The notes under the pieces are model-generated. The model was not told the origin of the DNA. It saw only the letters and a list, made by a program, of their open reading frames with translations, and made no database searches. This document shows positions 18,778-28,010 of a stretch of 64,000 bases of DNA, one piece after another. The stretch lies in the NCBI GenBank assembly GCA_937864465.1, contig CALMJU010000070.1:9095-73094 (forward strand), in the 5' to 3' direction. The position numbers and the translations under genes were made by a program. Position 1 is the first letter of the stretch. The number at the start of each line of letters is the position of its first letter. The DNA comes from an uncultured Acidobacteriota bacterium (GTDB taxonomy: Bacteria > Acidobacteriota > Polarisedimenticolia > Polarisedimenticolales > JAIQFR01).

Positions 18778-20181
18778 TCATCTCCGGACGGCGAGCGCCT
18801 CGAGCAGCTTCCCGTGGATCCCGCCGAACCCGCCGTTGCTGAGGAACGCGACGACGTCGCCCGCACGGCACTCGCGGACCAGGAACTCGACGATGGCGTC
18901 GACTCCCGGAAGGAACCGCGCCCGCTTCCCGCGAGCCGACAGGTCGCGGACGAGCCGATCCGGATCGAGCCTCTCCGCCTCGGAAAGCGCCTCGGCCGAG
19001 AAGACCTGAGCCAGGACGACGAGATCGGCCGAGTCGAACGCCTCCGTGAGGCGGTCCTGGAACACGTTGCGCCTCAGGGACCACGAGCGCGGCTCCAGGA
19101 CCGCGAGAACTCTCCGGCCGGCGAATCGCCGGCGCACCGCGCGAAGCGTCTCCGCGATGGCGGTCGGGTGGTGGGCAAAGTCGTCCAGCACGACGACCCC
19201 CGCGGCCTCCCCCTTGATCTCGAGCCTGCGGCGAACGCCGGCGAACGTTCTGAGCCCCTCGCCGATCTCCTCCGGGGAGAGGCCCTGCTCGACGGCGGCG
19301 GCGACGACGGCCAGGGCGTTCCGGACGTTGAACTCGCCGGACATCCGCACCTCCGCGTCGAGGAACCGGCGCCCTTCCCGGGAAACCGCGAAGCGCGTGC
19401 CGTCGGGCGTCTCGGAGATCCCCTCGGCGCGCCAGAACCCTTTCTCGATCCCGTACCCCTCGACCCTCGCCAGCGCGGCCGCGGTGACCTCGCACGTCGT
19501 CGCGCAGTCCTCGTGCCGGACCAGGAGGCCCCGGCGCGGGACGATGTTCGTCAGCCAGCGGAACGCTCTCTTGACCTCGTCGAGGTCGCGGTAGATGTCC
19601 GCGTGGTCGAACTCGACGGTCCCGACGAGCGCCGTGTCCGGACGGTAGTGCAGGAACTTCGGCCCCTTGTCGAAGAAAGCCGTGTCGTACTCGTCCCCCT
19701 CAATGACGAACGCGGGGCCCGATCCGATCCGGTACGGACGGTCGAAGTTGCGCGGGAGGCCGCCCACGAGGAAGCCGGGCGAGCGACCGGCGCGATCGAG
19801 CACCCAGGCGAGCATCGCCGTCGTCGTCGTCTTGCCGTGGGTCCCGGCCACGACGATCGAGTGCCTGCCGGCGAGGAACCGCTTCTCGAGAACCCCGGGC
19901 ATCGAGTCGTGCGGGAGCCTGCGGTCGAGAACCTCCTCGGCCTCGGGATTCCCCCGGCGCACGGCGTTCCCGATCACGACGAGGTCCGGCGGCGGGTCGA
20001 GGTGCGCGGCGTCGTAGCCCCGATGGACCTCGATCCCCATCGCATCGAGGAGCGTCGAGGTCGGGGGATACAGCTCCGTGTCGGACCCCGTCACGCGGCT
20101 GCCGCACTCGTGGAGGAGCCCGGCGAGGGCCGCCATCCCCGTCCCGCCGATGCCGATCATGTGAACGTGCTCGCGCGCCAT
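18778..20181 (-). CDS. mpl: UDP-N-acetylmuramate:L-alanyl-gamma-D-glutamyl-meso-DAP ligase (murein peptide ligase)
   Basis: IGIGGTGM, YPP, GTHGKTTTT, EGDEYDTAFFDKGPKF, DDFAHHPTAI, EPRS and SNGGFGGIH. Confidence 0.93.
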   Translation of the reverse strand: MAREHVHMIGIGGTGMAALAGLLHECGSRVTGSDTELYPPTSTLLDAMGIEVHRGYDAAHLDPPPDLVVIGNAVRRGNPEAEEVLDRRLPHDSMPGVLEKRFLAGRHSIVVAGTHGKTTTTAMLAWVLDRAGRSPGFLVGGLPRNFDRPYRIGSGPAFVIEGDEYDTAFFDKGPKFLHYRPDTALVGTVEFDHADIYRDLDEVKRAFRWLTNIVPRRGLLVRHEDCATTCEVTAAALARVEGYGIEKGFWRAEGISETPDGTRFAVSREGRRFLDAEVRMSGEFNVRNALAVVAAAVEQGLSPEEIGEGLRTFAGVRRRLEIKGEAAGVVVLDDFAHHPTAIAETLRAVRRRFAGRRVLAVLEPRSWSLRRNVFQDRLTEAFDSADLVVLAQVFSAEALSEAERLDPDRLVRDLSARGKRARFLPGVDAIVEFLVRECRAGDVVAFLSNGGFGGIHGKLLEALAVRR

Positions 20182-20186
20182 GTCCG

Positions 20187-21848
20187 TCAGTTCCCCTTGA
20201 AAATCCGGTCCAAGAGCCCCCGCGCCGTCCGATCGGTGCGAACCGAGCGCTCGAGTCCCTCCTTGATGACGCGGTCGAGGTCCAGCTGGACCGCGGGGGC
20301 CTCGATCCGGCCGCGGATCCGGAGCGGGAGCGTCAGCCGCCCTCGCTCGTCGACGCGGAACTCGAGCCTCGGCGTGTTCCGCACGAGATCGGCGCTCGCG
20401 GCCCGGGAGAACGACGCGAGGACATCGAGACGGAGCGAGCCGTCGAGCCCGATGGTCCCCCCGCCGTCCAGATCCAGATCGGCCGAGCGGAACTCCAGGT
20501 CGTGCGTCGAGGCCCGGCCGCTCTCCACCGTGAAGGAAGCCGAGACGTGATCGAAGGGAGTTTCATCCTGCCCGACGCCCCTCCCCCCCGCCATCTCGAG
20601 GATCTCGGCGACCTGCTTGAGGATCCCGACGCTCGCGAGGCGGCCGCTCCGGAGCGCGGCCCGCGCGGTGCCGCGAACGGAGCCGGCCGGCGACGATCCG
20701 CGGCCCGAGATCGCGAACGTGATCCCGGCGACGCCCTGGATCGTCCCGCCCCGCGACGGGAGGGCCGCCGCAAGCAGCCTGCCGGCGTCCACGCCCTCGA
20801 TGCGGCCCTCGAGAGAGAACGGAGCACCCTCCGCCCCGAGGTCGATCGAGAGCGACCCCCGATGGGTGCCGCCGTACAGCCCGAAGGAGGCGTCCTCGAA
20901 CCTCACGGCCCCGCGGTCGAGCGAGACCTTCGCGGAGAGGTCCGTCGCCTCGACCCGCCGGAACCGGGCGCGGGCCGCCTCGATCGTGCCGTTCCCCTCG
21001 ATTTCTCCGAGGACGGGGCGCGGCGAGGGCCGGTCCGCCGCCCAGGCCGCGGGGAACCAGCCGCCCGCGGAAGCCCGGCTTCCCGGCGCCGCTCCGCCCC
21101 GGGCGAAACTCGCGACCTCGTCGAAATCGATCATCGGCGCCGTCACGCGGAACGATACACGCGGGCCTCGCGGTCCGATCCGCCATTCGAGCGACCCCTC
21201 GGCGCGGGAGCGCTCGAGGGTCGCCTGCCCGCGGAGCGCGACGAGGCACCGCTCCGTGCCGATGCCCTTCGCCTCTCCCTGGGCGCGGAGACGCGCCGGT
21301 CCCGACGAGACGTCGAGCCGGGCGAGATCGAGGCCGTCCCCCCGGACCGTCGCCTCGAACCGGGTCTCGCAGGGATCCCCGCTCAGAGCGTCGAGCCGGG
21401 CCCGGAACGAGCCCCTCAGCCTCGGCGCCTCCCCGGGCTCGGAGAGGACCTTCGCCCGGCCCCGGACCCCCGAGACGAGGATTCGCCCGCCGGCCCGCCA
21501 CACCCCCTCCTCGACGGACACGGCGCGGATTTCGAGCCTGCCGCGGAGGAGCGGCCACGGCGCGAGTCGGACGGACACGCTCTCCGCCTCGAGCGACGCG
21601 GCGGCCGCTCTTCCTCCCTTCGGCGGGCCGACCTCGAGGCGCCCGGCGCGGACGACGATCCCGGTCCACACGGAGAGCCGGACCCGCCCGAGCCGGACCG
21701 GCCGATCGAGAGCGCCGGACAGGCGAGCCTCCACCCGAGGACGGAACCGGTCGGCGTCGACGACTAAGGGGGCCAGCAGCCCGGCGGCGACGTACGACGC
21801 TGCGAGGAGCCCTGCGACGACGGCCCCGGCCCGCTTCCCGCGACTCAT
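20187..21848 (-). CDS. AsmA family protein
   Basis: N-terminal TM, 'RPRVEARLSGALDRPV' AsmA N-terminus, beta-taco repeats (LYGG) and C-terminal LPLRIRG. Confidence 0.8.
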   Translation of the reverse strand: MSRGKRAGAVVAGLLAASYVAAGLLAPLVVDADRFRPRVEARLSGALDRPVRLGRVRLSVWTGIVVRAGRLEVGPPKGGRAAAASLEAESVSVRLAPWPLLRGRLEIRAVSVEEGVWRAGGRILVSGVRGRAKVLSEPGEAPRLRGSFRARLDALSGDPCETRFEATVRGDGLDLARLDVSSGPARLRAQGEAKGIGTERCLVALRGQATLERSRAEGSLEWRIGPRGPRVSFRVTAPMIDFDEVASFARGGAAPGSRASAGGWFPAAWAADRPSPRPVLGEIEGNGTIEAARARFRRVEATDLSAKVSLDRGAVRFEDASFGLYGGTHRGSLSIDLGAEGAPFSLEGRIEGVDAGRLLAAALPSRGGTIQGVAGITFAISGRGSSPAGSVRGTARAALRSGRLASVGILKQVAEILEMAGGRGVGQDETPFDHVSASFTVESGRASTHDLEFRSADLDLDGGGTIGLDGSLRLDVLASFSRAASADLVRNTPRLEFRVDERGRLTLPLRIRGRIEAPAVQLDLDRVIKEGLERSVRTDRTARGLLDRIFKGN

Positions 21849-21894
21849 CGCGAAGAGCCGGGGCCGCCGTGCGCGCGGGCGCGGGAGCTCCGCA

Positions 21895-22566
21895 TCAGAA
21901 TTTCCACGAGATTCGCGTCGTCTTCGCCGAGCCCTCCACGACCGCGACCGAGGCCACGCCCCATTCCGGAGAGCACCCTTCGCGCGCGGGCGGGCGGCGG
22001 AGGGTCCACCGGAGCCGGATCTCCTTGAGGGCGTCGAGCTCCGTCGTCCCCGCTCCCTTGGTCGCGCGCACCGCGACGAGCTTCCCCACCGGGGCGACGG
22101 CCACGTGAACGACGGACCCCTCGGGGAGGACGGACGGGTCGATCTCGTCGTAGCGGAACGTCGCGGGCGTCTCGACGTCGAGAGTGTCCTGGCCCTTCGG
22201 CTCGATGCGGACGATCCCGAGAAGCGTCCCTCCCCCCAGACCGAACCCCTTGATCAGGCCGATGCCGTCTCCCCCGAGGTCCACCGCGCCGCGCTCCCGC
22301 GCGGCCTCGAACTCCACCACGCGCCCGCGGGCCCATGCTTGGAACGCGTCGAGCGACGAGTCGGCCGCCGGGCCGGGGAACTCGGTGCCCGCGTAGAGAC
22401 AGCGCAGGAGAGTCCAGTTCGAGCTCTGGACGGAGTCCACGTACGGGAAGACGGCCTCCCCCGCCGTCCTGTAGCCGGGGCTGCAGCCCGCCGCCCCGGC
22501 GAGGGCGAAGATGGCCGCGACCCGAGCCGCTCGCAGCCAGGAAATCCGGGAAACGCTTGCCGTCAT
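21895..22566 (-). CDS. Hypothetical lipoprotein
   Basis: Lipobox AAGC after a hydrophobic stretch, GGAG RBS, and a TAGAAT -10 upstream. Confidence 0.65.
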   Translation of the reverse strand: MTASVSRISWLRAARVAAIFALAGAAGCSPGYRTAGEAVFPYVDSVQSSNWTLLRCLYAGTEFPGPAADSSLDAFQAWARGRVVEFEAARERGAVDLGGDGIGLIKGFGLGGGTLLGIVRIEPKGQDTLDVETPATFRYDEIDPSVLPEGSVVHVAVAPVGKLVAVRATKGAGTTELDALKEIRLRWTLRRPPAREGCSPEWGVASVAVVEGSAKTTRISWKF

Positions 22567-22628
22567 CTCCCACCTCCCTCGAGTCGAGGGGCGCTGCGCC
22601 GGCGCCCGGGGCCATTCTACCTCCCGAC

Positions 22629-22658
22629 TTGACACGCCCGGAGGACCCCCTATACGTT
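22629..22658 (+). promoter_or_regulatory. Putative sigma-70 promoter for pcm (TTGACA ... TATACG/TACGTT), divergent from a minus-strand TAGAAT
   Basis: Perfect TTGACA at 22629-22634 followed 16-18 nt later by TATACGTT. Confidence 0.55.
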
Positions 22659-22732
22659 CGAGCGAGAGGAGCGGGCGTGTGCGAGGATCGGCGCCTCCGC
22701 GAGACGGGCGGCCTCCCGGCAAGAGGGTCCCC

Positions 22733-23464
22733 GTGCTGAGCCTCGCCCTCGCCCTCGGCCTCCTGGGCGCGGGTGCGGCCTGCGCGGTGGGGGACGGCGG
22801 CGGCGCCGAGGACGACGGCTCCGGGGAGCGGGAGCGGCGACGGCGCGCGGAGATGGTGGACGAGCAGATCGCGGCCCGCGGGATCGACGACCCGGCGGTG
22901 CTCGAGGCGATGCGCGCGGTCCCCCGCCACCGGTTCGTGCCCCCGTCGGAGAGCGCCTACGCGTATGCCGACGGCCCCCTCCCGATCGGGTTCGGCCAGA
23001 CGATCTCCCAGCCGTACATCGTGGCGCTGATGACCGCTCTCGTCCGGCCCGACCGCGGGATGAAGGTCCTGGAGATCGGCACCGGGTCGGGGTACCAGGC
23101 GGCGGTTCTCGCGCGATGCGCGGGACAGGTCTTCTCGATCGAGATCGTGGAGCCCCTGGGACTGCGCGCGCGGGCCCTCCTCGAGGAGCTCGGCTACACG
23201 AACGTCCGCGTCCGGATCGGCGACGGCTACGACGGTTGGCCCGAGGAGGCGCCGTTCGACGCGATCCTGGTGACCGCGGCCCCCGAGAGGATTCCCGACC
23301 CCCTCCTCGCGCAGCTCCGGGTCGGCGGGCGCCTGGTCGTGCCCCTCGGGATCGGAGTGCAGGACCTCGTCGTCGTCACGAGGACGCGGGAAGGATTCGT
23401 CCGGGAGGTCGTCACCGGCGTCCGGTTCGTACCGATGACGGGCAAGGCCCGCGAGGCCCGCTAG
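22733..23464 (+). CDS. pcm: Protein-L-isoaspartate O-methyltransferase with N-terminal signal/lipoprotein-like leader
   Basis: VPRHRFV, AYADGPLPIGFGQTISQP, VLEIGTGSGYQAAVL, APFDAILVTAA and VRFVPM. Start uncertain. Confidence 0.93.
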   Translation: MLSLALALGLLGAGAACAVGDGGGAEDDGSGERERRRRAEMVDEQIAARGIDDPAVLEAMRAVPRHRFVPPSESAYAYADGPLPIGFGQTISQPYIVALMTALVRPDRGMKVLEIGTGSGYQAAVLARCAGQVFSIEIVEPLGLRARALLEELGYTNVRVRIGDGYDGWPEEAPFDAILVTAAPERIPDPLLAQLRVGGRLVVPLGIGVQDLVVVTRTREGFVREVVTGVRFVPMTGKAREAR

Positions 23465-23569
23465 GCCCGGTGGCTCCACCGCCCGCGAAGGCCCTATAAT
23501 CCGCCTTTCGCGCGCGCGGGTGTCGCCTCGCGCAGGCGGGCACGAGACCCGGGCCCCGAGAGGTGGACG

Positions 23570-25051
23570 ATGGCCAAGCGGATCACGCCGCGCTCCGAGG
23601 ACTGGGCGCGCTGGTACACGGACGTCGTGACACAGGCGAAGATGGCCGACTACTCCCCCGTCAAGGGGTGCATGGTCATCCGCCCGCACGGGTACGCGCT
23701 GTGGGAGAACATGCAGCGCGTGCTCGACCGGATGTTCAAGGAGACGGGACACGAGAACGCGTACTTCCCGCTGTTCATCCCGAAGTCGTTCCTCGCCAAG
23801 GAGGCGGAGCACGTCGAGGGGTTCGCGAAGGAGTGCGCCATCGTCACGCACTCGCGCCTCAAGACCGTGCAGGCGGACGGCCGGGCGACGATCGTCCCCG
23901 ACCCCGAGAGCGCGCTCGAGGAAGAGCTCGTCGTGCGGCCGACGTCCGAGACGATCATCTACGCGATGTTCGCGAAGTGGGTGCAGTCCTACCGCGACCT
24001 CCCGATCCTGATCAACCAGTGGGCGAACATCGTCCGGTGGGAGATGCGGACGCGCCTGTTCCTGCGGACCACCGAGTTCCTCTGGCAGGAGGGGCACACC
24101 GCGCACGCAACCCACCAGGAGGCCGAAGAGGAGGCCCTCCGGATGCTCGACGTGTACGCCTCGTTCGCCGAGGAGTACATGGCGGTTCCGGTCCTCAAAG
24201 GCGTGAAGACCGAGAAGGAGAAGTTCGCCGGAGCGCTCCGGACGTACTGCATCGAGGCGCTGATGCAGGACAACAAGGCCCTGCAGGCGGGCACCTCGCA
24301 CGACCTCGGGCAGAACTTCGCGCGGGCCTTCGATCTCCGGTTCCAGGACGAAGCGGGAGACTGGACGTTCGCCTGGAACACCTCGTGGGGCGTCTCCACG
24401 CGCCTGGTGGGCGCGATCGTCATGGCGCACGGAGACGACAACGGGCTCGTGCTGCCTCCCCGCCTCGCCCCGATCCAGGCGGTCGTCGTGCCGATCTGGA
24501 AGGGAACCGACCCGGTGGACCGGATCCTCGCGGCGGCCCGGGAGGCGCGCGACCGGCTCGCCCGCGCCGGGATCGCGGTGCGGCTCGACGAGCGCGACAG
24601 CCTGTCGCCCGGCTTCAAGTTCAACGAGTGGGAGATGCTCGGCGTCCCGCTCCGGATCGAGCTGGGGCCGAGGGACCTGGAGCAGGGCTCCGTCACGACC
24701 GTGAAGCGCCCGAACCGGTCGAAGGCTCCCGTGCCCCTCTCCGGGCTCGAGGAGCGCGTGCCTCAGCTCCTCGAGGAGGTACAGCGCGAGATGCTCGAGG
24801 CGGCGCGCGCGAGGCGGGACGCGGCGACCTTCACCGTCGACTCGTGGGACGGCTTCCGGGAGAGGAACGAGTCGACCGGGGGGTTCCTGCTCGCCCACTT
24901 CTGCGGCAGCTCCGAGTGCGAGAACTCGATCCAAGAGGAGACGAAGGCGACCGTGCGCTGCCTCGCGTTCGGCCAGCCGGAGGAGGCCGGGCGGTGCGTT
25001 CGCTGCGGTGGGCCGTCGCCGAGGCGGGTGCATTTCGCGAAGGCGTACTGA
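23570..25051 (+). CDS. proS: Proline--tRNA ligase (archaeal/eukaryote-like type)
   Basis: [44 protein letters not shown] and C-terminal Zn motif with AKAY. TATAAT upstream. Confidence 0.97.
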   Translation: MAKRITPRSEDWARWYTDVVTQAKMADYSPVKGCMVIRPHGYALWENMQRVLDRMFKETGHENAYFPLFIPKSFLAKEAEHVEGFAKECAIVTHSRLKTVQADGRATIVPDPESALEEELVVRPTSETIIYAMFAKWVQSYRDLPILINQWANIVRWEMRTRLFLRTTEFLWQEGHTAHATHQEAEEEALRMLDVYASFAEEYMAVPVLKGVKTEKEKFAGALRTYCIEALMQDNKALQAGTSHDLGQNFARAFDLRFQDEAGDWTFAWNTSWGVSTRLVGAIVMAHGDDNGLVLPPRLAPIQAVVVPIWKGTDPVDRILAAAREARDRLARAGIAVRLDERDSLSPGFKFNEWEMLGVPLRIELGPRDLEQGSVTTVKRPNRSKAPVPLSGLEERVPQLLEEVQREMLEAARARRDAATFTVDSWDGFRERNESTGGFLLAHFCGSSECENSIQEETKATVRCLAFGQPEEAGRCVRCGGPSPRRVHFAKAY

Positions 25052-25070
25052 TGCCGCGGAGCGCTGCCCC

Positions 25071-26972
25071 GTGAAGCCGAGCGCGGCGCCTCCCGGGCCG
25101 CGGGCGGCCGGATGGCGGCGCGCCGCCCTGTACGCAGCCGTCGCCCTCGCATCCGCGGTCCCGTACGCGGGGATCTTCCGGGTCCCCCCGCTGCACGACG
25201 CGCCCGCCACCGTCTTCCACAACCGCGTCGTCCTCGAGGGATCGCTCCGGGACGTCCTGACGACCGATTTCTGGGGGCTCCCCGCCGACTGGCCGACCGG
25301 CACCCGCTCGTACCGTCCGCTCGTCACCGCGACGTATGCCGCCGAGGCGCGGCTCGCCGGCACGTCGCCCGCCGGCTTCCACGCGGTGGACCTCGTCCTC
25401 CAGGCGGCCTCGGCCGTCCTCTTCCTGGCCGTGCTCGATGCGCTCGGCCTCCCTGCGGCCTTCGCCCTCGCGGCCGCCCTGCTCTTCGCCGTGCACCCGG
25501 CCAGGAGCGAGGCGGTCGTCAAGATCGTCGGCCGCGCGGACCTCCTGGCCACGGTCCTTCTGTTCGCGGCGATCCTCGCGCACCGGACGGCCCGGCACGG
25601 GCGCGGACGCCCGTTCCGGGAGGCGGCGGCGCTCGCGGCGCTCGCCGGCGCGCTCCTCTCCAAGGAATACGCGGTCGCGTTCCCGTTCGTCCTGATCGCG
25701 GTGGACCTCGCGAGCCATCTCGCGAGGAGAGGTCCCCGCCGGGCGCGCGACCTCCCCTGGGGATTCTGGGGGGCCGCTCTCGCCCTCGTCGCCGGCTACC
25801 TCGCCGCCCGGCACGCCCTGATGGGAACCATCGGCGGGGTGGGCGACGTCTCGCCCGTGGACAACCCTCTCGCCGGACGGCCGTGGCCGGCACGGGCGGG
25901 GACCGCGCTCTGGCTCCTCGCGTTCTCCTCGCGCCTGCTCGTCGCCCCGTACCCGCTGTGCCATCTGTACGGGCCGGGGACCGTTCCGATCGCGTCCGGC
26001 CCGTGGGACCCGCTCGCGCTCGCGGGGATCGCCCTCCTCGTCGCGCTCGCCGCCCTGTCGGCGCTCGCGCTCCGGCGCGGCGATCCGATCCCCGCGGTCG
26101 GCGCGGCACTGCTCGTCCTGCCGCTCGCCCCCGCGGTGAACACCGCCGGGCTCGTCCCGGTCGTCTTCTCCGAGCTCTGGCTCTCCGTCCCCGCCGCCGG
26201 CCTCGTCCTGATCGCGGCGTGGCTCGCCCGCTCCGCGGCCGCGCGCCCCGTCCCCCGCCGGATCGTTCTCTCGGCGGCAGTCGCCGCGATCCTCGTCTTC
26301 TCCGTCCTCACCGCGAGAAGGGTCGAGGCCTGGGGATCGGGCGAGGCGCTCGCCCTCGCCGGCCTCGACGCCTACCCGGAAGCGCCGAAGCTCTGGACCG
26401 AGCTCGGCATCGCGCGCGCCGCCGAGGGAAGGGACGCGGAGGCGGTCGAGGCCTTCGAGAAGGCGGTCGCGCTCGAGCCCCGGGATCCCCGTCCGCTCCA
26501 CGGCTACGCGATGGCGCTCCGGCGCCTCCGCCGCCCGGCGGAGGCGGCGGATGCGCTGCGCCGGCTGATCGCCCTCGCCCCGCGCGACGTGGCGCGGCTC
26601 TGGCGGGAGCTCGGGGAGGCCGAAGCGGCAGCGGGGAACCTCACCCCCGCCCTGGAGGCGATGCGCCGGGCGCGGTCCATCCGCCCCGGAGATCCCTCGA
26701 TCGAGGAGCCCTTCGCGGAGACCCTGCACCGGGCGGCACTCGAGGCGGAGTCCTCGGGGCGCTACGCCGAGGCGGCGGAACGGTACCGGGAGATCCTCGA
26801 GGCGGACCCCGCGAACGTCGCGGCGCTCTTCAACCTCGGGCGGGCGCTCTACCTGGGAAACGATCCGGCCGCGGCCGTCCCCCCCCTCGAGCGGGGGCTC
26901 GCGCTGCGCGAGGACACCCGCGCACGGGCCCTCCTCGAAGAGGCGCGGCGGAGGGCCTCGGGCGCGCGGTGA
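25071..26972 (+). CDS. TMTC-like GT-C membrane glycosyltransferase with C-terminal TPRs
   Basis: DFWG...SYRPL, LFAVHPARSEAV, GRADLL, LLSKE, DNP and a TPR tail. Confidence 0.8.
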   Translation: MKPSAAPPGPRAAGWRRAALYAAVALASAVPYAGIFRVPPLHDAPATVFHNRVVLEGSLRDVLTTDFWGLPADWPTGTRSYRPLVTATYAAEARLAGTSPAGFHAVDLVLQAASAVLFLAVLDALGLPAAFALAAALLFAVHPARSEAVVKIVGRADLLATVLLFAAILAHRTARHGRGRPFREAAALAALAGALLSKEYAVAFPFVLIAVDLASHLARRGPRRARDLPWGFWGAALALVAGYLAARHALMGTIGGVGDVSPVDNPLAGRPWPARAGTALWLLAFSSRLLVAPYPLCHLYGPGTVPIASGPWDPLALAGIALLVALAALSALALRRGDPIPAVGAALLVLPLAPAVNTAGLVPVVFSELWLSVPAAGLVLIAAWLARSAAARPVPRRIVLSAAVAAILVFSVLTARRVEAWGSGEALALAGLDAYPEAPKLWTELGIARAAEGRDAEAVEAFEKAVALEPRDPRPLHGYAMALRRLRRPAEAADALRRLIALAPRDVARLWRELGEAEAAAGNLTPALEAMRRARSIRPGDPSIEEPFAETLHRAALEAESSGRYAEAAERYREILEADPANVAALFNLGRALYLGNDPAAAVPPLERGLALREDTRARALLEEARRRASGAR

Positions 26973-26991
26973 CCCCGGCCGCCCCTGCCGC

Positions 26992-28005
26992 TCAGCGAGC
27001 CATGAGCCTCCGGATCAGATCCACGACGCGGCAGCTGTAGCCCCACTCGTTGTCGTACCAGGCGATCACCTTCGCGAAGTTCCCGCCGAGGACGCGCGTC
27101 GAGGCGGCGTCGAAGATCGCCGACGACCCGTTCTGGATGATGTCCGACGACACGATCGGCTCGTCGGAGAATTCCAGGATCCCCTTGAGAGGCGGCCGCT
27201 GCGACTCCTCCCGCATCGCCGCGTTGATCGCCTCGACGCTCGCCGGCCTCTCCAGCTCGGCCACGAGGTCCACCGTCGAGCCGTCCGGCACGGGGACGCG
27301 CATCGCGATCCCGTCGAGCTTCCCCTTGAGGGCCGGGAGCACCTTCCCGACCGCCCGGGCGGCTCCGGTCGTCGTCGGGATGATGTTCTCCGCCGCGGCC
27401 CGCGAGCGCCTGAGATCGCTGTGGGGAACGTCGGCGAGGCGCTGGTCGTTCGTGTACGCGTGGACCGTCGTGATGTACCCCTTCACGATCCCGAAGCGCT
27501 CGTGCAGCACCTTGGCCACGGGGGCCAGGCAGTTCGTCGTGCAGGAGGCGTTCGATACGATCCGGTGCTCGGGCTTCAGGTCGGCATCGTTCACGCCCAT
27601 GACGATCGTCGCGTCGATCTCGTCCTTCGCGGGGACCGTCAGGATCACCTTCCCCGCCCCGGCATCGAGGTGGAGAGCGATCTGCTCGCGCTTCCGGAAC
27701 CTGCCGGTCGCCTCGATCACGACGTCCGCGCCGAGGGCCTTCCACGGAAGCTTCGCCGGATCCTTCTCGGACGTGATGGTCACGGCCTGCGTCCCCGCCT
27801 TCATCCGGTTCCCGTCGAGCGCGATCTCCCCCTCGAATCGCCCGAAGACGGTGTCGAACTTCAGCAGGTAGGCGAGGGCCTTCGGCTCGGTGATGTCGTT
27901 GATCGCCACGACCTCGATGTCGTGGCGGGCGGCGAGGATGCGGAACACCGTGCGGCCGATCCTTCCGAAGCCGTTGATCGCGACCCTGGGCTTGTGCTCG
28001 GGCAT
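26992..28005 (-). CDS. gap: Glyceraldehyde-3-phosphate dehydrogenase type I (canonical copy)
   Basis: INGFGRIGR, SNASCTTNCLAP, HAYT, PTTTGAA, MRVP and WYDNEWGYS. Confidence 0.96.
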   Translation of the reverse strand: MPEHKPRVAINGFGRIGRTVFRILAARHDIEVVAINDITEPKALAYLLKFDTVFGRFEGEIALDGNRMKAGTQAVTITSEKDPAKLPWKALGADVVIEATGRFRKREQIALHLDAGAGKVILTVPAKDEIDATIVMGVNDADLKPEHRIVSNASCTTNCLAPVAKVLHERFGIVKGYITTVHAYTNDQRLADVPHSDLRRSRAAAENIIPTTTGAARAVGKVLPALKGKLDGIAMRVPVPDGSTVDLVAELERPASVEAINAAMREESQRPPLKGILEFSDEPIVSSDIIQNGSSAIFDAASTRVLGGNFAKVIAWYDNEWGYSCRVVDLIRRLMAR

Positions 28006-28010
28006 CGTCC

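Noticed and set aside
21845-25663. 1272-aa minus-strand ORF and other long shadow ORFs (e.g. 35014-38313, 7048-9180, 15904-18666 beyond def)
   Set aside because: They lie antisense or off-frame to well-supported genes and are R/P/G/A-rich with no motifs. This is expected from stop-codon scarcity at high GC.
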